DNA of 35,836 nt. Origin: Chloroflexota bacterium (GTDB lineage Bacteria; Chloroflexota; UBA6077). Within the stretch, counting starts at the first letter, position 1. Every line of letters starts with the position of its first letter. The notes beneath the pieces were generated by a model. The model saw nothing but the letters and a program-made list of their open reading frames with translations, had not been told where the DNA came from and searched no databases. A program made the position numbers and the translations under genes. The DNA lies in contig DAHXJB010000282.1 in the NCBI GenBank assembly GCA_027372455.1, forward strand, positions 1 through 35,836. Direction: 5' to 3'. Below are positions 26,876 through 35,817 of the stretch, one piece after another.

Positions 26876-27009
26876 GGGCCGCGAGCGCTCGTCACTGGTC
26901 ACGAAGGATCCTCCAGAAAGACACACAGGTCACTTTGCACAAGCTTGTATTATACCTAAAGGCATCAGTTGATGTTTGCCGCCTGCCGCGGGCCGCGACA
27001 TAGAAACCT

Positions 27010-27037
27010 TTGCCGAGCAGTGAAACTGTGGTATAGT
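27010..27037 (+). promoter_or_regulatory. Candidate promoter for TatA-Zn gene 1 (TTGCCG-16-TGgTATAGT)
   Basis: TTGCCG at 27010-27015, a 16-nt spacer ending in TGg, then TATAGT at 27032-27037, 62 nt upstream of ATG 27099. Confidence 0.5.
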
Positions 27038-27098
27038 GGCACATGCCAGATAGATGCGCTAGAGAGCGTTGACTACTTTGGGCCAATCAGGAGGAGCT

Positions 27099-27380
27099 AT
27101 GTTCGGCGGTGCACTGCAGCCCACCCATTTGATCCTGATCCTGGTGATCGTGCTCATAATCTTTGGACCCGGCAAGCTACCAGATATCGGTGGATCTCTG
27201 GGAAAGGGCATCAACGAGTTCAAGCGAAGCATGTCTGGCGGAACCGAGGGCAGCTCGGATCCCAAGGCTGCTTCTGGAGAGCTGCAGTCATCGTCCCAGT
27301 CGAACCTCTGCCCGAACTGCCAAAGCGAAAACCCAACCGGGCACCAGTTCTGCGGCAAGTGCGGGACCAAGCTGGCATAG
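27099..27380 (+). CDS. TatA/E-family protein fused to a C-terminal zinc ribbon (paralog 1)
   Basis: 93 aa. [45 protein letters not shown] is a canonical TatA TM, hinge and FK motif. The C-terminus is [30 protein letters not shown] precedes ATG 27099. Confidence 0.78.
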   Translation: MFGGALQPTHLILILVIVLIIFGPGKLPDIGGSLGKGINEFKRSMSGGTEGSSDPKAASGELQSSSQSNLCPNCQSENPTGHQFCGKCGTKLA

Positions 27381-27433
27381 CCCGCCAGAGGCAGTCGTAA
27401 CTCGAAGGTCGCCAAAGTCGTGCTGGGTCTTTC

Positions 27434-27470
27434 ACCGCGGCCTCATAGGATGGGGTCGCGGTTTGATTTT
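27434..27470 (+). terminator. Candidate intrinsic terminator after TatA-Zn gene 1
   Basis: Stem ACCGCG/CGCGGT (27434-27439 / 27457-27462) followed by TTGATTTTG. The loop is long (17 nt), so this is only moderate. Confidence 0.35.
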
Positions 27471-27535
27471 GTGACTCTCTACTAGCGCACGTTGGGATTC
27501 GTCGCAGTAAATCCGAAGACGGCCTTGCTTAACAG

Positions 27536-27544
27536 TGCTATAAT
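27536..27544 (+). promoter_or_regulatory. Candidate extended -10 promoter for TatA-Zn gene 2 (TGcTATAAT)
   Basis: Perfect TGnTATAAT 41 nt upstream of GTG 27585. Confidence 0.5.
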
Positions 27545-27584
27545 TGCGAAGGTTATGGCACCCAACGTATCCGGGAGGCAGCCT

Positions 27585-27860
27585 GTGTTTGAAGGAATTC
27601 TCCAACCGACCCATCTCATAATCATTCTCGTCATCGTGCTGATCGTGTTCGGTCCGGGCAAGCTCCCGGAAATCGGTGGCTCGCTGGGAAGAGGCATTAA
27701 CGAGTTCAAGCGAAGCATCTCCCCGGATGCGGACGCCGGAGAGAAAGCCGCGCAGCCCCCAGCAAAGACAGCGCCGGCCGTGAGCGTGTGCCCCACCTGC
27801 CAGACAGAGAACCAGGCAGGTAATCAGTTCTGCGGCAAGTGCGGGACAAGACTGTCCTAG
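27585..27860 (+). CDS. TatA/E-family protein fused to a C-terminal zinc ribbon (paralog 2)
   Basis: 91 aa. (M)[44 protein letters not shown], ending [23 protein letters not shown] chose the GTG 27585 start for three reasons. It aligns with the paralog 1 start. It has GGGAGG 6 nt upstream. It lies downstream of the predicted -10, whereas the track start at 27492 is upstream of it. Confidence 0.75.
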   Translation: MFEGILQPTHLIIILVIVLIVFGPGKLPEIGGSLGRGINEFKRSISPDADAGEKAAQPPAKTAPAVSVCPTCQTENQAGNQFCGKCGTRLS

Positions 27861-27866
27861 GCAGGA

Positions 27867-28262
27867 CTACCGCAGCAGGTAGGGGAAACTGGTCACCACC
27901 ACCCCCGGCCTGTAGAGCAGGGCGGCTTTCAGACGCAGAGCGGTCTGGTTGTGGAGAAGGTTGTCCCACCAGAAGCTGGGGACAAACTCCGGCAACACAA
28001 CCACCACCAGGGTGTCGTCGGGATGGGTCTCTCTCAAGGCATCCACGTAGGCCAGCAGGGGAGAAAGCAACAGCCGGTAGGGGGACTCTATGATGACCAG
28101 GGGTAGCTCACCTGCTACCTCAGGCCACTCTCTGCGAAGCTCCTCCGCCTGTGCGGTGTCTGTTGCCACATGCACTGCCACTACCCGCCTGCTCAGCTCT
28201 TCGGCGAAGGCCAGGGCCTGACGGGCTATTCTGCTTAGACTTGACACGGGCACCAAGACCAT
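27867..28262 (-). CDS. Stand-alone paralog of the APC-permease C-terminal domain (truncated remnant or independent small protein)
   Basis: MVLVPVSSLSRIARQALAFAEEL...PLVIIESPYRLLLSPLLAYVDAL...LPEFVPSFWWDNLLHNQTALRLKAALLYRPGVVVTSFPYLLR aligns end to end (about 65% identity by eye) with residues ~555-689 of the 24857-26926 ORF. No transmembrane part is present. Weak similarity continues upstream of the Met, into the track ORF that extends to 28418. Confidence 0.45.
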   Translation of the reverse strand: MVLVPVSSLSRIARQALAFAEELSRRVVAVHVATDTAQAEELRREWPEVAGELPLVIIESPYRLLLSPLLAYVDALRETHPDDTLVVVVLPEFVPSFWWDNLLHNQTALRLKAALLYRPGVVVTSFPYLLR

Positions 28263-28397
28263 TGGTGCCCGTCCTCTTGACCTCCTGCCGACCAGATAGC
28301 AATCTCCGTACAACCGAACTCCATGGCTCGTGGCCAAACGTCGGGCCTTCCATATCTGCCATTCTAGCCATTCCGTCACCCGTCCCCCATCTCTGTG

Positions 28398-28406
28398 TGA
28401 TAGAAT
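28398..28406 (+). promoter_or_regulatory. Candidate extended -10 promoter for holB operon (TGaTAGAAT)
   Basis: TGATAGAAT 42 nt upstream of ATG 28448. Confidence 0.4.
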
Positions 28407-28447
28407 GGCCCTGTGCATTGGTGTCGAGCCGGCTGGAGATGATTCCC

Positions 28448-29434
28448 ATGTGGCAGGTAATCGGGCATGATCGCCCGATACATCTACTTCGAAGCAGCGT
28501 TGCGGCCGGCCGAGTCTCTCACGCTTATCTCCTTTCTGGACCCAGACAGGTAGGAAAGCTGACGCTGGCCCGGGAATTGGCCAAGGCGCTGAACTGTCTC
28601 GAGTCCGATCGCCCCTGCGGGAACTGTCGATCCTGTCGGAAGATCGAGCGAGGCGTGCACCCTGACGTTCAGGTGGTCAAGTTGGAGGATGGCGCCAAGA
28701 GCATCGGCATCGACGTCGTCCGCGAGATTCAGGAGAGGGTTGCACTGCGTCCCGCCGAAGGCAGCGTGAAGGTCTACATCATCGAAGAGGCCGAACGGAT
28801 GTCGGAACAGGCAGCCAATGCCCTTCTCAAGACCCTGGAGGAACCACCGCCTTCGGTGCTCATGGTGCTGACTACCCTGGACTCGACATTGTTGCTACCG
28901 ACTCTGGTATCTCGATGCCAGCAGGTGGATCTCCTTCCGGTCCCAACCAGTATCATCGAGGGTACAGTCTGTGGACGGACGGGGGTGGATCCCGAGCAGG
29001 CACGGTTGGTGGCGTCCCTCGCCAAGGGCAGGGTGGGATGGGCGATCGAGGCCATCGCGAACCCGGCGATGCTGCGCAGGCGGGCCGAACTGATGGACCG
29101 TCTGATGGCTCTTCCGCGAGCCAATCGGGTGGACCGCTTCGCCTACGCTTCGGAGCTGGCCTCTCTATCCGGTCGTGATCCGGAGGCCGCTCGATCGGTA
29201 CTGGAGAGTTGGCAATCCTGGTGGCGGGACCTACTGCTCTATCGTCTCGGCATGGAGGATCTGGTGGTCAACGTTGACCTGAAGGATCTTCTAGGGTCGC
29301 AGGTGCGGCTGTACCCGGCGCACGTTCTGGGCCAGATGATAAAGGCGATACAGGAGACAATCGCCATGCTGGCCCAGAACGTCAACGCCCGCCTGGCCCT
29401 CGAGGTCCTCATGTTGCGCATGCCACGGATCTGA
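28448..29434 (+). CDS. holB: DNA polymerase III delta-prime subunit
   Basis: Starts MWQVIGHDRPIHLL. Contains HAYLLSGPRQVGKLTLARELAKALNC, the zinc module CGNCRSCRKIERGVHPDV, and KVYIIEEAERMSEQAANALLKTLEEPP. I chose ATG 28448 (GGAG 9 nt upstream). An alternative ATG lies at 28439. I reject the track start at 28151. Confidence 0.85.
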   Translation: MWQVIGHDRPIHLLRSSVAAGRVSHAYLLSGPRQVGKLTLARELAKALNCLESDRPCGNCRSCRKIERGVHPDVQVVKLEDGAKSIGIDVVREIQERVALRPAEGSVKVYIIEEAERMSEQAANALLKTLEEPPPSVLMVLTTLDSTLLLPTLVSRCQQVDLLPVPTSIIEGTVCGRTGVDPEQARLVASLAKGRVGWAIEAIANPAMLRRRAELMDRLMALPRANRVDRFAYASELASLSGRDPEAARSVLESWQSWWRDLLLYRLGMEDLVVNVDLKDLLGSQVRLYPAHVLGQMIKAIQETIAMLAQNVNARLALEVLMLRMPRI

Positions 29435-29519
29435 AAGATCTGGCGTGCGCCAAGAAGGTGCGGATCAGGGTGACTCGCATCTAACACTCCGTTCTATGCC
29501 CTTGCTTGATAGGTGAGAA

Positions 29520-30377
29520 ATGACTTGCATCGTAGGCGTCCGCTTCAAGAAAGCCGGCAGGATTTACTACTTCGATCCGGGACAGTACTCCCTGGCAAAC
29601 GATGAGCTGGTCATAGTCGAGACATCGAAGGGCATCGAGTTGGGCAAGGTGGTCATCGCTCCCTCCGAGGTGGTGGAGAGCGACGTGACGGAGCCGCTGA
29701 AGCCGGTGCTGCGCAAGGCAACCCCCGAGGACATAGACAGGCTTCACAGCTTCAGATCCCGCGAGGCAGATGCGCTGGCAAAGTGCAAGGAGCGGGTGAA
29801 AAGCTTCGGCCTGCCGATGAAGCTGATTGCCGCGGAGTACAACTTCGATGGAAGCCGGCTGGTGTTCACCTTCACTGCCGAGGGCAGGGTCGACTTTCGG
29901 CAGTTGGTCAGGGACCTGGCCGGCATATTCAGAACCCGCATCGAGTTGCGGCAGGTCGGTGTCCGCGACGAGGCGAAGCAGTTGAGCGGATACGGACGAT
30001 GCGGCAGGCCGCTCTGCTGCTGCGCGTTCCTGGACGATTTCTCCTCGGTATCCATAAAGATGGCGAAGGAGCAGGAGCTTCCCCTCAACCCCATGAAGAT
30101 ATCCGGGCTGTGCGGCCGGCTGCTCTGCTGCCTGGGGTATGAGAACAAGGCCTACTGTGAGATGCGGCAAGGGCTTCCGAAGGCAGGGGAGAGGGTGAGC
30201 ACCATTCAGGGTGAAGGCCTAGTGGTGGCCGTGAACGTTCTCAAGCAGAGCGTGACGGTGGAGGTGGAAGAAAAGGGGATTCTGGAGCTGGGTTCTACCG
30301 AGATCAGCCGGCTCAACGACAGGGACAAGAGGGAAGAGGCCAAGCCCGCCGAAAAGCCAAACTCCACGAAAAGGTAG
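29520..30377 (+). CDS. ricT: PSP1-domain protein RicT/YaaT-like
   Basis: 285 aa with GRVDFRQLVRDLAGIFRTRIELRQVGVRDEAKQLSGYGRCGRPLCC and a second Cys cluster GLCGRLLCCLGYE. It follows holB, as in the Bacillus holB-yaaT arrangement. Confidence 0.85.
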   Translation: MTCIVGVRFKKAGRIYYFDPGQYSLANDELVIVETSKGIELGKVVIAPSEVVESDVTEPLKPVLRKATPEDIDRLHSFRSREADALAKCKERVKSFGLPMKLIAAEYNFDGSRLVFTFTAEGRVDFRQLVRDLAGIFRTRIELRQVGVRDEAKQLSGYGRCGRPLCCCAFLDDFSSVSIKMAKEQELPLNPMKISGLCGRLLCCLGYENKAYCEMRQGLPKAGERVSTIQGEGLVVAVNVLKQSVTVEVEEKGILELGSTEISRLNDRDKREEAKPAEKPNSTKR

Positions 30378-30386
30378 GTGCCACCG

Positions 30387-31322
30387 ATGACGCAATCCGA
30401 ATCGGCTGAAATCGTGGTGCTTGGAGCTACCTGCCTCGATGTCAAGATCCGCCCTCTGGCTCCGATCCAGCCAGGCACTTCCAACCCCGCGCAGATCCGG
30501 CTTTGCGAGGGAGGCTGCGGTCGGAACGTCGCCGAGAACCTGGCGCGGCTCGGAGTGAGGGTCACCCTCCTCTCTGTTGTGGGAACCGACCTGCTGGGCC
30601 AGCGACTTCTGGATCTCACCGCGGCGGCCGGGGTGGACGTGAGCCGAGTCATACTCAGCCCGGACCACACCACCGGCGCCTGCCTAGCCATGTTCACGGA
30701 CGAGAATCGGCAGGGCTACGCTCTCGATGATGTGAACCAGTTGAGGATCATCACCCCGGAGTATCTGTTGACCCAGAGGGAGCTGCTCTCGAACGCGAAG
30801 ATGGTGATGGTGGACGGCAACGTCGAGCGAGAGGCGGCAGCCATGGCCCTCTCCCTATCGAAGGAGTATGGAGTCCCCGTGGGCCTCGATCCGGCATGTG
30901 TGCGCCGCGCCTACGCCATACGCCCCCACCTATCGGAGTTCTACCTGGTGACCCCCGATCGAGCCGAGGCCGAGGCGCTGCTGGACACCACCATCGGCAG
31001 CGCGGAGGGTGCCCTGGAGGCAGCCAGGAGGATGGTAGCGCTCGGGGTGAAGGTGGCGATCATCACATTGGCCGAGGAGGGTTTGGTCTACGCCACCTCC
31101 GAAGGGCATGGAAGGATCCCCGCCATCCGATCCGACATCGCCGACTGGACAGGAGCGGGAGACGCCCTGGCAGCCGCCGTCCTCTACGGACTGATCAATC
31201 AGATGCCGGTGGACGAGGTGATGAGGCTGGGAATAGCAGCTGCCACGCTAACCCTAAAGTCGGCGAAGAGCGTGAACCCGGATATGAGCCTCGAACAACT
31301 CTACGCCAACATGGTGATCTAA
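30387..31322 (+). CDS. PfkB-family carbohydrate/nucleoside kinase (ribokinase-like)
   Basis: GGCGRNVAENLARLG in the N-terminal motif region and DWTGAGDALAAAVLYG as the C-terminal anion-hole motif. I prefer ATG 30387 over the track GTG at 30378. Confidence 0.8.
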   Translation: MTQSESAEIVVLGATCLDVKIRPLAPIQPGTSNPAQIRLCEGGCGRNVAENLARLGVRVTLLSVVGTDLLGQRLLDLTAAAGVDVSRVILSPDHTTGACLAMFTDENRQGYALDDVNQLRIITPEYLLTQRELLSNAKMVMVDGNVEREAAAMALSLSKEYGVPVGLDPACVRRAYAIRPHLSEFYLVTPDRAEAEALLDTTIGSAEGALEAARRMVALGVKVAIITLAEEGLVYATSEGHGRIPAIRSDIADWTGAGDALAAAVLYGLINQMPVDEVMRLGIAAATLTLKSAKSVNPDMSLEQLYANMVI

Positions 31323-31370
31323 GTAGCATAACGCCTGATGGCCGGGGACACTCTCACTCTATAGCAACTC

Positions 31371-33086
31371 TCACCGGGTACCGGGCGACACCGGCGGCGG
31401 GGATTCCAGCACAGTCGCCTCTATCGGCAGCAATCCGGCCTCCTTGGCGATGTCACCCCCGTTAGCCACCGTGATGTCCCCCGCCTTCGCCCAGGGGACA
31501 TCCACCTTCCACCGCTGTAGAACTGCCCGCTGGGCCCGCAGCACCACAGCGTTCCCCATGTCCGCGAGGCTGATCGGCAGGCCAAAGTGGGCGAGAGGGT
31601 CCGAGTCGGCCTCGAAGAACGCCTTGATCTTCGGATCCCCATCCAGGATGCGCCAGTGGCGCTGCTGTATGGCAGCCCAGCTCAGCCCGGCGTCGGCCGA
31701 GCTGTCGGGTCGACGAGGGGTCTGACGAACCGTGAACAGCCAGTCATCCTTGTTCTTCTCGGAGAGAACGTCGAAGACGTTGACGAACCACACCTGCTTC
31801 TGATCCGGTCGCCACTGAAGTATGAACTTCTGGGTGGCCTGGCAGATGAAACCATCCATGAAGAAGCGACGAGAAATGGGATAGCCCAGCGCGTCAACGC
31901 CGCCCAGCCGCTGAAACTCACTCCAGAAGGGCACCCCTGAGTCGTCTGTGATGCTGTATCCGTAGGGGCTCCTCCCCAGCGGAGAGCCGTTGGCCTGGGA
32001 GTAGAAGTGACCGTTGGGGATCGGGTAGTCCAGCTTACCACCCACCAGCACCACCGCCGAAGCTCCCCCCGGCATGGTCATCGACGATAGGGTCGTGACG
32101 AAGTTGGGGCTGCCGGCAACCTTGGGCATCTGCCGGATCATTGCCGCCGTGGGAGAGAGGTTTATCGGGTTCCCCGCGGCGTCGGCATCGAACATCCAGA
32201 AGACTTTCGCCTCCGGGTTATAGAAGTGTGGTGTGGCCGCCACCACCCTGGGATCCTTCAACCAGTAGTTGAAGGCAGTCTGGTAGTACTGAGCGATCGC
32301 CCGTGGGTCGTTCACGAAGCCGATGTAGGACTCGGTGATGAAAACCGGCAGGTTCACCCCGATGTAATCCAACTCCAGGGAGTAGCCACGATAAGTGAAG
32401 CGAACCCCCCTGTCCTCGAAGAATTGGTACGGGTTGCTGGCCCAGCCGTCCAGCCGGGTGAAGATGTCCGGGACCTCGGCTTTCATACCCGCCAGGAACT
32501 GGAACTCGTCCATCATCCCCGGCTGAGTGAGGTTGGACAGGTCGAAAGGAGCGTTAAGGATCTTGAATCGATCGTGAACGTCGGCGAAGGTGTCCAGGAA
32601 CGACTTCAAGTAAAGAGCGTACTCCTGGGGGTTCGGCTGCCCGCCCCACTCGATGCCAAGGTTCGGCTCGTTGCCCACGATAAGATAGGTAGCGGGGGTG
32701 TGCCACTTCAGTCCGGTGAGAAACTTCTTCCACTGCAAAGCCTGATCCGGCGCTGGCTTGACCCAGTACATGCTGTCCTGATGGGTGGAGAGCCGCAGAA
32801 TGGGGATCAGATGGTAGCGATCGGCGTTGTCCAGGAATTGCTGGATCCGCGCCGGGTTCTGCCAGTCCTCGTCGACCAGCAATACGAGCACATATCCCCA
32901 ATCGCCGCCGGAGGAGTTGACGATCTTGGAAACCGCGCTCAGGTGTTGGGCGTCGAACCAGCGGATCACGTTTATGCCAACCTTGTTGTTTGGAACAGCG
33001 GGATCGGCATGGGCAACAGGGACGACACCAACGAGAGCCACAAGCAGAGACAGCAACAGGAGAAGCTGGCGCGCGAACGTGGTCAA
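31371..33086 (-). CDS. Secreted clan GH-A-like (TIM-barrel, NEP motif) protein with C-terminal LGxP-type repeats
   Basis: TTG 33086 is preceded by GGGAGG at 5-nt spacing and gives the signal peptide TTFARQLLLLLSLLVALVGVVPVAHA/DP. LIVGNEPNLGIEWGG resembles the GH-A acid/base strand. The C-terminus carries two related segments, LGYPIS...KFILQW and FGLPIS...AVLQRW. The track ORF extends to 33272. Confidence 0.6.
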   Translation of the reverse strand: MTTFARQLLLLLSLLVALVGVVPVAHADPAVPNNKVGINVIRWFDAQHLSAVSKIVNSSGGDWGYVLVLLVDEDWQNPARIQQFLDNADRYHLIPILRLSTHQDSMYWVKPAPDQALQWKKFLTGLKWHTPATYLIVGNEPNLGIEWGGQPNPQEYALYLKSFLDTFADVHDRFKILNAPFDLSNLTQPGMMDEFQFLAGMKAEVPDIFTRLDGWASNPYQFFEDRGVRFTYRGYSLELDYIGVNLPVFITESYIGFVNDPRAIAQYYQTAFNYWLKDPRVVAATPHFYNPEAKVFWMFDADAAGNPINLSPTAAMIRQMPKVAGSPNFVTTLSSMTMPGGASAVVLVGGKLDYPIPNGHFYSQANGSPLGRSPYGYSITDDSGVPFWSEFQRLGGVDALGYPISRRFFMDGFICQATQKFILQWRPDQKQVWFVNVFDVLSEKNKDDWLFTVRQTPRRPDSSADAGLSWAAIQQRHWRILDGDPKIKAFFEADSDPLAHFGLPISLADMGNAVVLRAQRAVLQRWKVDVPWAKAGDITVANGGDIAKEAGLLPIEATVLESPPPVSPGTR

Positions 33087-33331
33087 GGCAACCTCCCGGT
33101 ATCCGGAGGATATGTCAGACAGACAGAACGAGTAGTCGGGGGAACACAAAAAGAAGTTGCAAGTTGAACCTGCAGGAGAATACGGGACGGCAACCCGTGC
33201 CGTCAATGCCCAGTGCCCAAATCGGGGAACGTTCCGGAAAAATCGGCCCATTAGGATGTGGGCGGGCAGCACGTTCGGATCACGCTACCTACGCGCGAGG
33301 TCTGGAGGGTCGATGCGGGAGACGGCCGGAT

Positions 33332-34654
33332 CTAAGCGCGCCGAAGGTAGGTCTCCAGCTCCCACGAGCTTATGTGTCTGCGGTATGCGAGCCATTCCCG
33401 AGCCTTGACGGCGAGAAAGCGCTCGTAGATCGGTTGTCCAAGCGCGGCCCGCACTACCGGATCCCAGTCCAGCTCCTCCAGCGCCTCCTCGAGGGTCTCC
33501 GGCAGGGGATCCACCCGTTCCTCCCGGTCCTCCAACCCATCCAGCTGCTCCACAGGCGCCGGCAGGGATGATTTATTCTGAATCCCGTCCAGGCCAGCCT
33601 CCAGCATCACAGCGAGTGCAAGATATGGGTTGCAGGCGGGATCCGAGGCCCTGAACTCCACCCGAGTGCCGGTCTTCAACCTCAGTTCGGGAATACGTAT
33701 GAGCGACCAACGATTCACGCGAGCCCAGGAGATCCTGGAAGGGGCCTCGGCGCCCCCCAATAGCCGCTTGTAGGAGTTGACCAGGGGAGCGACCACAGCA
33801 CACAGCCCGCGTGCATGTGCCAACTGGCCGGCCACAAACCAGCGACCCAGATCGGATAGATGGTAGCGGTTTCCAGGGTCCTGGAACAGGTTGGAGCCAT
33901 CTCTCGGATCGACCAGCCGCTGTTGAAGATGCAATCCCGACCCGCTGACCCCCTCGATCGGCTTGGGCATGAAGCTGATAAGCAGATGGTCCCTGCTGGC
34001 AAAGGCCTTTAGCCCGCTCTTGAGCGTCACAATGGCATCGGCAGCTTCCAAGGCTCCAAGCTCTGCCACATCGATCTCCTGCTGGCCGGCAACCACCTCG
34101 TGGTGGGTTGTCTCCACCTGGAATCCGACGCTCGACAGCGCCAGCACGGTGCTGAAACATAACCTTTCCGCTCGATCGTCGGGAACCTCGAAGTATCCGC
34201 TCCTATCCACCGGCTTCAATGTCGGGCAGGCAGTGGCCGAGTCTCCATCCTCAAAGACGAAGAACTCCAACTCGCTGGACACCCGATAATCGAAGCCCAG
34301 CTCGGCTGCCTCCGCCAGAACGGCTCTCAGGGCGTTGCGAGGATCGGCTGGAAACGGGGCACCATCCGGCAGGCAGAGATCGCAGATCAACCGGGCCGTC
34401 GGCTGCGACTCCCAGGGTAGGAGCACGAACGTCGATGGGTCCGGACGAAGATAGAGGTCGCTCTCCACAACTCTCGCGGCCCCCTCTACCGCCGAGCCAT
34501 CAAACCAGACACCATCTTCCAGGGCACCGCGGAGCCTACCCGCGGGAAGACTCACCGTCTTGATCGCGCCGGATACGTCGGTGAACTGGAGATTCAGAAA
34601 GCTGACGCCGGTGCGTCGGACCCCATCGAGCAGTTCTTCGATTCGCTCGTCCAT
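33332..34654 (-). CDS. glnA: Glutamine synthetase family protein (type I-like, 440 aa)
   Basis: N-terminal beta-grasp segment FLNLQFTDVSGAIKTVSL. Catalytic-domain motifs GSGLHLQQ, VNSYKRL and NRWSLIRIP. Confidence 0.85.
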   Translation of the reverse strand: MDERIEELLDGVRRTGVSFLNLQFTDVSGAIKTVSLPAGRLRGALEDGVWFDGSAVEGAARVVESDLYLRPDPSTFVLLPWESQPTARLICDLCLPDGAPFPADPRNALRAVLAEAAELGFDYRVSSELEFFVFEDGDSATACPTLKPVDRSGYFEVPDDRAERLCFSTVLALSSVGFQVETTHHEVVAGQQEIDVAELGALEAADAIVTLKSGLKAFASRDHLLISFMPKPIEGVSGSGLHLQQRLVDPRDGSNLFQDPGNRYHLSDLGRWFVAGQLAHARGLCAVVAPLVNSYKRLLGGAEAPSRISWARVNRWSLIRIPELRLKTGTRVEFRASDPACNPYLALAVMLEAGLDGIQNKSSLPAPVEQLDGLEDREERVDPLPETLEEALEELDWDPVVRAALGQPIYERFLAVKAREWLAYRRHISSWELETYLRRA

Positions 34655-34704
34655 CTGTATCCCTGCCTTCTCAAGAAAACGATATCCCTGGCTGCAAGAA
34701 GCCT

Positions 34705-35817
34705 TCAGTGCACCAGTTGGCTACGGTGGACAAGCTCCGCTACAACGCCCAGGGCAATCAAGACGGCAAATACGGCCACGATGATCGCGGCGGTCAGCCA
34801 GGGTGACGTGAAGCCCCCGAGTGTGGAAGGAGCGATCTGAGCAGGACCATAGTCAGGGATAACCACAGCATCCAGATGTTCCAGATCCTGCTGCAGCTCC
34901 TCCATAGACGAGTAGCGTTCGGCAGGATCCCGCCGTAGGGCTCTAAACAGAACCGCCTCCAATTGGGGGGGCAGATCCGACCGCACCCGGCGCAGCAGGG
35001 GAGCCTCCGAATTGACCCGCTGACTCATGACCGCCAGGGCATTATCCCCCTGGAACGGTACCTCTCCAGTCACCATCTCAAACAGCATGACCCCCACGGA
35101 GTAGACGTCGGTGCGCGCGTCGCCGCGCTCCCCACGAACCTGCTCCGGCGCCATGTAGTCCGGCGTCCCCACGCTGTTGGAGAGGCGACGAAAAGTCAAG
35201 CGACGAGCACCACGCAGGAGGGCGATGCCGAAATCCACCAGTTTGACCTGCCCCTCGGACGTGATCAGGACGTTCTCCGGCTTTAGATCACGATGGACTA
35301 TGCCCCGCTCGTGACAGTAGCGAAGGGCATCCACCAACTGCCGGGTGATCTGCAGCGTCTTGTCCAGGGGCAGCGGAGAGTTCTCCGCCAACTGCTCTCG
35401 GAGCAATCTCCCCTCCACATACTCGAGCACCATGTACGGAGAGGTTCCACCACGCAGTTGGCCCTCGGCGATCAACCGCTGGATGTTGGGATGATCGAGC
35501 CGCTTGCCGATCTCCATCTCTCGCTGGTAACGGCTGAAGGTGGCAGGATCACCGATGATATTAGAGTAAGGGATCTTCAGAACGACGTCTCGGCCGGTCT
35601 CGCCGTCGCGGGCCTTGTAGGCCTCGCTCATCCCACCATGGCCCAGAACAGCGAGAATCTCGTACCTTCCGTCCACCCTGTCGCCTATGTCGTATCCCAC
35701 GCCCACTCCCAACCAAACCTCTTCACTCGAGCTAAGCACGTAGCCATAAGAAAGCGGGTCCAGGGCGCAGCGCCTAGCGGGGTTTGGGGTGCCCCAAAGA
35801 ATGCTTTTCTTGGTCAC
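34705..35817 (-). CDS. Ser/Thr protein kinase (Hanks type) with C-terminal TM anchor
   Basis: G-loop GHGGMSEAY, then [20 protein letters not shown] and [10 protein letters not shown]-terminal helix [20 protein letters not shown]. Confidence 0.88.
   Translation of the reverse strand: MTKKSILWGTPNPARRCALDPLSYGYVLSSSEEVWLGVGVGYDIGDRVDGRYEILAVLGHGGMSEAYKARDGETGRDVVLKIPYSNIIGDPATFSRYQREMEIGKRLDHPNIQRLIAEGQLRGGTSPYMVLEYVEGRLLREQLAENSPLPLDKTLQITRQLVDALRYCHERGIVHRDLKPENVLITSEGQVKLVDFGIALLRGARRLTFRRLSNSVGTPDYMAPEQVRGERGDARTDVYSVGVMLFEMVTGEVPFQGDNALAVMSQRVNSEAPLLRRVRSDLPPQLEAVLFRALRRDPAERYSSMEELQQDLEHLDAVVIPDYGPAQIAPSTLGGFTSPWLTAAIIVAVFAVLIALGVVAELVHRSQLVH

Noticed and set aside
27709-27721. 13-mer AGCGAAGCATCTC shared between the cloverleaf element (3022-3034) and TatA-Zn gene 2
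   Set aside because: An isolated 13-nt match is expected by chance in all-against-all comparison of a 36-kb high-GC window. The flanking sequence is unrelated.
28151-28447. 99-codon N-terminal extension of holB in the ORF track
   Set aside because: The extension is Pro/Arg/Leu-rich with no homology. It lies antisense to the permease-domain paralog and covers the candidate promoter. holB homology starts at MWQVIGHD.
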